NCBI RefSeq assembly: GCF_009914755.1
Contig: NC_060926.1
DNA from: the human T2T-CHM13v2.0 reference genome, Homo sapiens
Strand: one strand, 5' to 3'
Length of the DNA: 64,000 nucleotides
Shown: positions 57,486-64,000 of the stretch, piece after piece
Numbering within the stretch: position 1 is the stretch's first letter
Layout: each line of letters begins with the position of its first letter
Position numbers and translations under genes: made by a program
Notes under the pieces: model-generated
What the model saw: only the letters and a program-made list of their open reading frames with translations
Databases searched by the model: none
Told to the model about the DNA's origin: nothing

Positions 57486-59571
57486 TGATCTGCTTGCCTC
57501 AACCTCCCAAAGTGCTGGGATTATAGATAGAAGTAAGCCTCTGCACCTGGCCTGGTGTCATTTTTTTCCAACTTCTTTTTTTTCTTTTGAAACTAAGTTT
57601 TGCTCTGGTTGCCCAGGCTGGAGTGCAATGGCGTGATCTCGGCTCACCACAACCTCCGCCTCCCGGGCTCAAGCCGTTCTCCTGCCTCAGCCTCTTGAGT
57701 AACTAGGATTACAGGTGCCTGCCACCACGCCCGGCTAATTTTTTGTATTTTTAGTAGCGACTGGGTGTCACTATGTTGGTCAGGCTCGTTTTGAACTCCT
57801 GACCTCATGATCTGCCTGCCTTGGCCTCCCAAAGTGCTGGTACTACAGACGTGAGCCACCACACCCAGCCTATTTTTTTCCAACTTCTGACCACTCGGTT
57901 CTCATTTTAAAGTTGGTAGTGTCATTAGAGAGGGGCAAACTGAACAGCCTCTCTCCCGTTCCTTTGATACCTCAAAGGCTGTGACTTGCAGACTGAAACA
58001 GAACTCAGAAGGACTATTTATTTGCTCCTTTAACAAATATTTACACTTTACTTACCGAGTCTAGTGTTCGTGGGAAACTGAGGCAGCCCTTTCCCCCCAT
58101 GAAGGCAAGCTTTCCACTAATGTGGCATTTGTTTTCTGTTCCACGAGTCCCTTTCCCTTCCAAGCTCTTTATGTTGACATTAACCAAACTACCCCTGCCA
58201 GTTACCCCACTCAGCCACCTGGGAGTTGGAAAGACTGGAGTGAGCTACAAATACAGAGTGGACAAAAATGAAACCCAGGGCGTGCAGAAGCAGGGGTATG
58301 GCCCAGGAACCACCCAGCCATATACCAGCCGACACCGGAGACCTATGGCCCTTTTTCCACTGCAAACATTAGCCATATGAAGTCTAGCAAAAAGGATGAA
58401 TCCTGAGCATTCTAGAAGCCTAAGCGTCTGAGGATCCCATGGAAGTTCCATACACTTAATCCAGGAAAATAAGAGAAAAAAATGATCAGCCAAAATATTG
58501 ATGCTCCAGCAATTCCTGTGCCTGAGCAAAGGTTGTTAATCTGCGGTTCCTCTGCTTGAACCTGAAGCCCCTTCCCCTTGTGAGTCTCCCTCCTCTCATA
58601 TCTCTGGAATGCTTCCTGGCCCCTTGGCTCCAGCTGATTAACCTCATTCTTGAGCTTCCTCAGCTAACTTCTCACACTCCTCCTTCTGCTTTTGCCCCAG
58701 CCTCCCAGTGAGTCTTCAGCTTTCCTCCAAGATCCGAGATCCAAGATCTTTTCTGAAAGCTCTGCCCAGACTGAAAAATGGCTCCCCCAGGATCCTCCCA
58801 TGGTGTCCTCCCCTGCAGGGATCTCCACTGAAGGCTGCATTTCCCTCCACTCCTCCCACCTCAGGGCCAGAAGGCAGATTGGTATCATCTGTGCTCACTA
58901 ATGCCCCTGCCTGAACATTCTTTCTCCTCTCTCTTACCAAAAACTCCTTCAAGTCTTTTAGCTGTTCTGCCTTCTCTCCCTCCTCCTTCTTCATTAGACT
59001 TCACTCTCTGGTCCACACTCTTCCAGTCTCCCCCAAGCCCTCCATCATGATGGGGTGACCCAGCATCCTCCGATGACTCATCAATTGACCCAGCCCCCCA
59101 TTTTCAATAATCAACACTTCTGCAGTTTAGCCACCCACTATCCCAGATGTTCTCCGAGAATGGGGATTGTTTCTTTTTGCTCATATATTTTTAGAGCTAA
59201 CAGTTATGACACATGTACTAAAAACCTGGCACTGTGCTGGGCACCCTACATGCATTGTCCCATTTAATTCTCACAGTGATCCTATGGGATAAGAACTGTT
59301 ATTCCACATTTTACAGAAAAAGCAACAGACATAAAGAGATTAAGTAACTTCACTAGGGTCCCCCAACTTATAAGTATGCAGCTGGGGTTCAAACCTAGGC
59401 AGTCTGTCTGGAGAGTACATGCTATTAGAACGCAGCTTGAACTGTCTCACCCATGATTTCCCCAGGCTCAGTCCACTGCCTGACTTTAATGCATCTTCAA
59501 CTGTTGTTTGTTGCTTGAATAAATTAAAAAGCATTAAATGGTATTTTTTAAAACGATATAAAAAATTTTTG

Positions 59572-60217
<646 letters not shown>

Positions 60218-60306
60218 TAGCCTCAGACTCCTGGGCTCAAGCCATCCTGCCACCTAAGCCTCCCAAGTAGCTAGGACTACAGGCACATGCCACCATGCCT
60301 GGCTAA

Positions 60307-60486
<180 letters not shown>

Positions 60487-60954
60487 TGATCTCTATGGAG
60501 GGTCTCTTGTTGATCTAGTTATCTAAGCCAGAGAATTTAGGGTCTTCTACCTCAGTGACCAAGTTGTGCCATGATAGCACTTTACTCTCTGTCCCACTGG
60601 CAGCATTGAGGTTCATCCACCTTCATTCCCTTCTGGATTACTGCTATCAGTCCCTTGTTGGCCTCCCTGCCTCCTCTTGTGCCTTCCAATCCTCTCTCTA
60701 CACCACCCTCATAATGATCCGCTAAGAGGGCAGATCCAGTCATGAGCCTCCCGTGCTTCCAACTCTCAGCGGCTCCCACTGCATGACACATGTGATCCTA
60801 GCAGAGGCAGCTCATTTAGCCAGCCTTGTCCACACTCTGTGCTGGCCTCATACTCTTCTAAAGCTCACTGTTTTGCCAAATCAGGCATCGTATCATTCAT
60901 TCTGATATCCTCTTCATGAGTTTTGCTGATTCTCTAAGCCACTTATGCTATTAA

Positions 60955-61237
<283 letters not shown>

Positions 61238-61418
61238 TGAACTCCTGAACACAAGCGATCTGCCTGCAACAGCCTCCCAAAGTGCTGGGATTAGAGGCGT
61301 GAGCCACCACACCTGACCCCATTTTTTGAAAAAGAAACCATACAGCATTACTGTAAGTTAAAAATTTGAAAAGATCATTTGCCATAAACAGAAGGTAAAC
61401 AATATACATAGATCATTA

Positions 61419-61724
<306 letters not shown>

Positions 61725-61934
61725 TCAAAAAAAAAAAAAAATTGTTTCCTTATGTAATGTTTCAAATGTTTTAAAATGTAAGCATAAATACTGTAATACA
61801 AGTTAATTTCATTGATTACTAAAAATCCAACCTAAAAAATAGATCTTCAATAAGAATAGAACTATTATGATCAGTATAGAAACAAAGTGATATTAAATTT
61901 AATGAGGATTATTTTCAAATTATGTTATAAATTA

Positions 61935-62360
<426 letters not shown>

Positions 62361-62364
62361 CTAA

Positions 62365-62562
<198 letters not shown>

Positions 62563-62766
62563 TAAATAGAGGCAGGGTCTCACTATGTTGCCCAGGCTAA
62601 TCTTGAACTCCTGGGCTCAAGCGATACTCCCACTTAGGCCTCCCAAAGTGCTGGGAGTATAGGCATGAGCCACTGTGCCTGGCCTTGCTACCTTTTATTC
62701 AATAAATATTTGCTTCCAAAAGCCATCTTAAGTAATCCTAGGATCTGTTGTGAATTTATGTAGATA

Positions 62767-62846
62767 TTAGGTTGGCGTAAAAGTAACTGAAGTTTTTGCC
62801 ATTACTGTTAATGGCAAAAACCGCAATTACTTTTGCACCAACCTAA
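62767..62846. mobile_element. MADE1 (Hsmar1-derived MITE), 80-bp near-palindrome
   Basis: TA|TTAGGTTGGCGTAAAAGTAACTGAAGTTTTTGCCATTA-CTGT-TAATGGCAAAAACCGCAATTACTTTTGCACCAACCTAA; the arms are inverted repeats. Confidence 0.9.
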
Positions 62847-63202
62847 GTATAATCCCAGATAATATCCAAAAAGGAATAGAGAAACGATTTCTTGTCCCTG
62901 ACTACTGTTACTGGACAATGATTATGACAATCTTTTGTCTTGGCCGGGCGCAGTGGCCCACACCTATAATCCTAGCACTTTGGGAGGCCGAGGTGGGCGG
63001 ATTACTTGAGACCAGCCTGGCCAATATAGTGAAACCCTGTCTCTACTAAAAATACAAAAATTAGCCTGGCGTGGTGGCGCGTGGCTGTAATCCCAGCTAC
63101 TCAAGAAACTGAGGCACAAGCTGAAACTGGGAGATGGAGGTTGCAGTAAGCTGAGATCATGCTACTGCACTCCAGCCTCAATGACAGAGTGAGACTGCCT
63201 CA

Positions 63203-63575
<373 letters not shown>

Positions 63576-64000
63576 CTTTTGTCAGCTGTGTCAAATGGTT
63601 TTCATGCCCTGCAAAATGTTTTCAGTAAGCATTTCAGGTGAGTTTATGACCAGGTTCATTTATGAATACAAGAAATATCTATTGAGCATGCCAGACCCTG
63701 GCTCTAGCTGTAGGTATAGGTGATAAACAATGAATCCAGGCTGGGTGCGGTAGCTCACACCTATAATCCTAGCACTTTGGGAGGCCAAGGCGGGTGGATC
63801 ATGAGGTCAGGAGTTCAAGACCAGCCTGGCCAAGATGGTCTCTATTAAAAATACAAAAATTAGCTGGGCGTGGTGGTGGGTGACTGTAATCCCAGCTACT
63901 CGGGAGGCTGAGGCACAGAGTTGCTTGAACCAGGGAGGCGGAGGTTGCAATGAGCCTTGATCGCACCACTGCACTCCAGCCTGGGAGACAGAACGAGACT

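Noticed and set aside
58010-58075. Dense forkhead-motif cluster (TATTTGC, ACAAATA, TATTTAC) as an autoregulatory element
   Set aside because: Resembles the L2 3' terminus (CAACAAATATTTA), which yields such motifs genome-wide; no independent support.

Overview
Primate (very probably human) genomic DNA, extremely Alu-rich. It holds one protein-coding gene: the two-exon forkhead transcription factor FOXI3 on the minus strand (CDS 52535-51896 joined to 48829-48207, 420 aa). FOXI3 has a CpG-island/TATA promoter and a proximal 3'UTR built largely from transposons. The rest is layered retroposed and mobile DNA: an RPL38 retrocopy, a 3'UTR-only RPL39 retrocopy, a U6 retrocopy, decayed ERVL pol/integrase fragments, MLT2/MLT1 LTRs, old L1/L2/MIR, DNA transposons (MER5, MER20, MER33, MER44, MER58, MADE1) and microsatellites. 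I see no evidence for a wholly new multi-gene system. The best leads are: an in-frame upstream AUG in FOXI3; a MER5 insertion at the FOXI3 stop codon; a candidate distal poly(A) site enclosing inverted Alus; several locally templated insertions/duplications; and repeat-free candidate enhancers with NF-kB or TCF/TEAD motif clusters. Repeat family and retrocopy names come from recalled consensus sequences, not from a database search, and most repeat boundaries are approximate.
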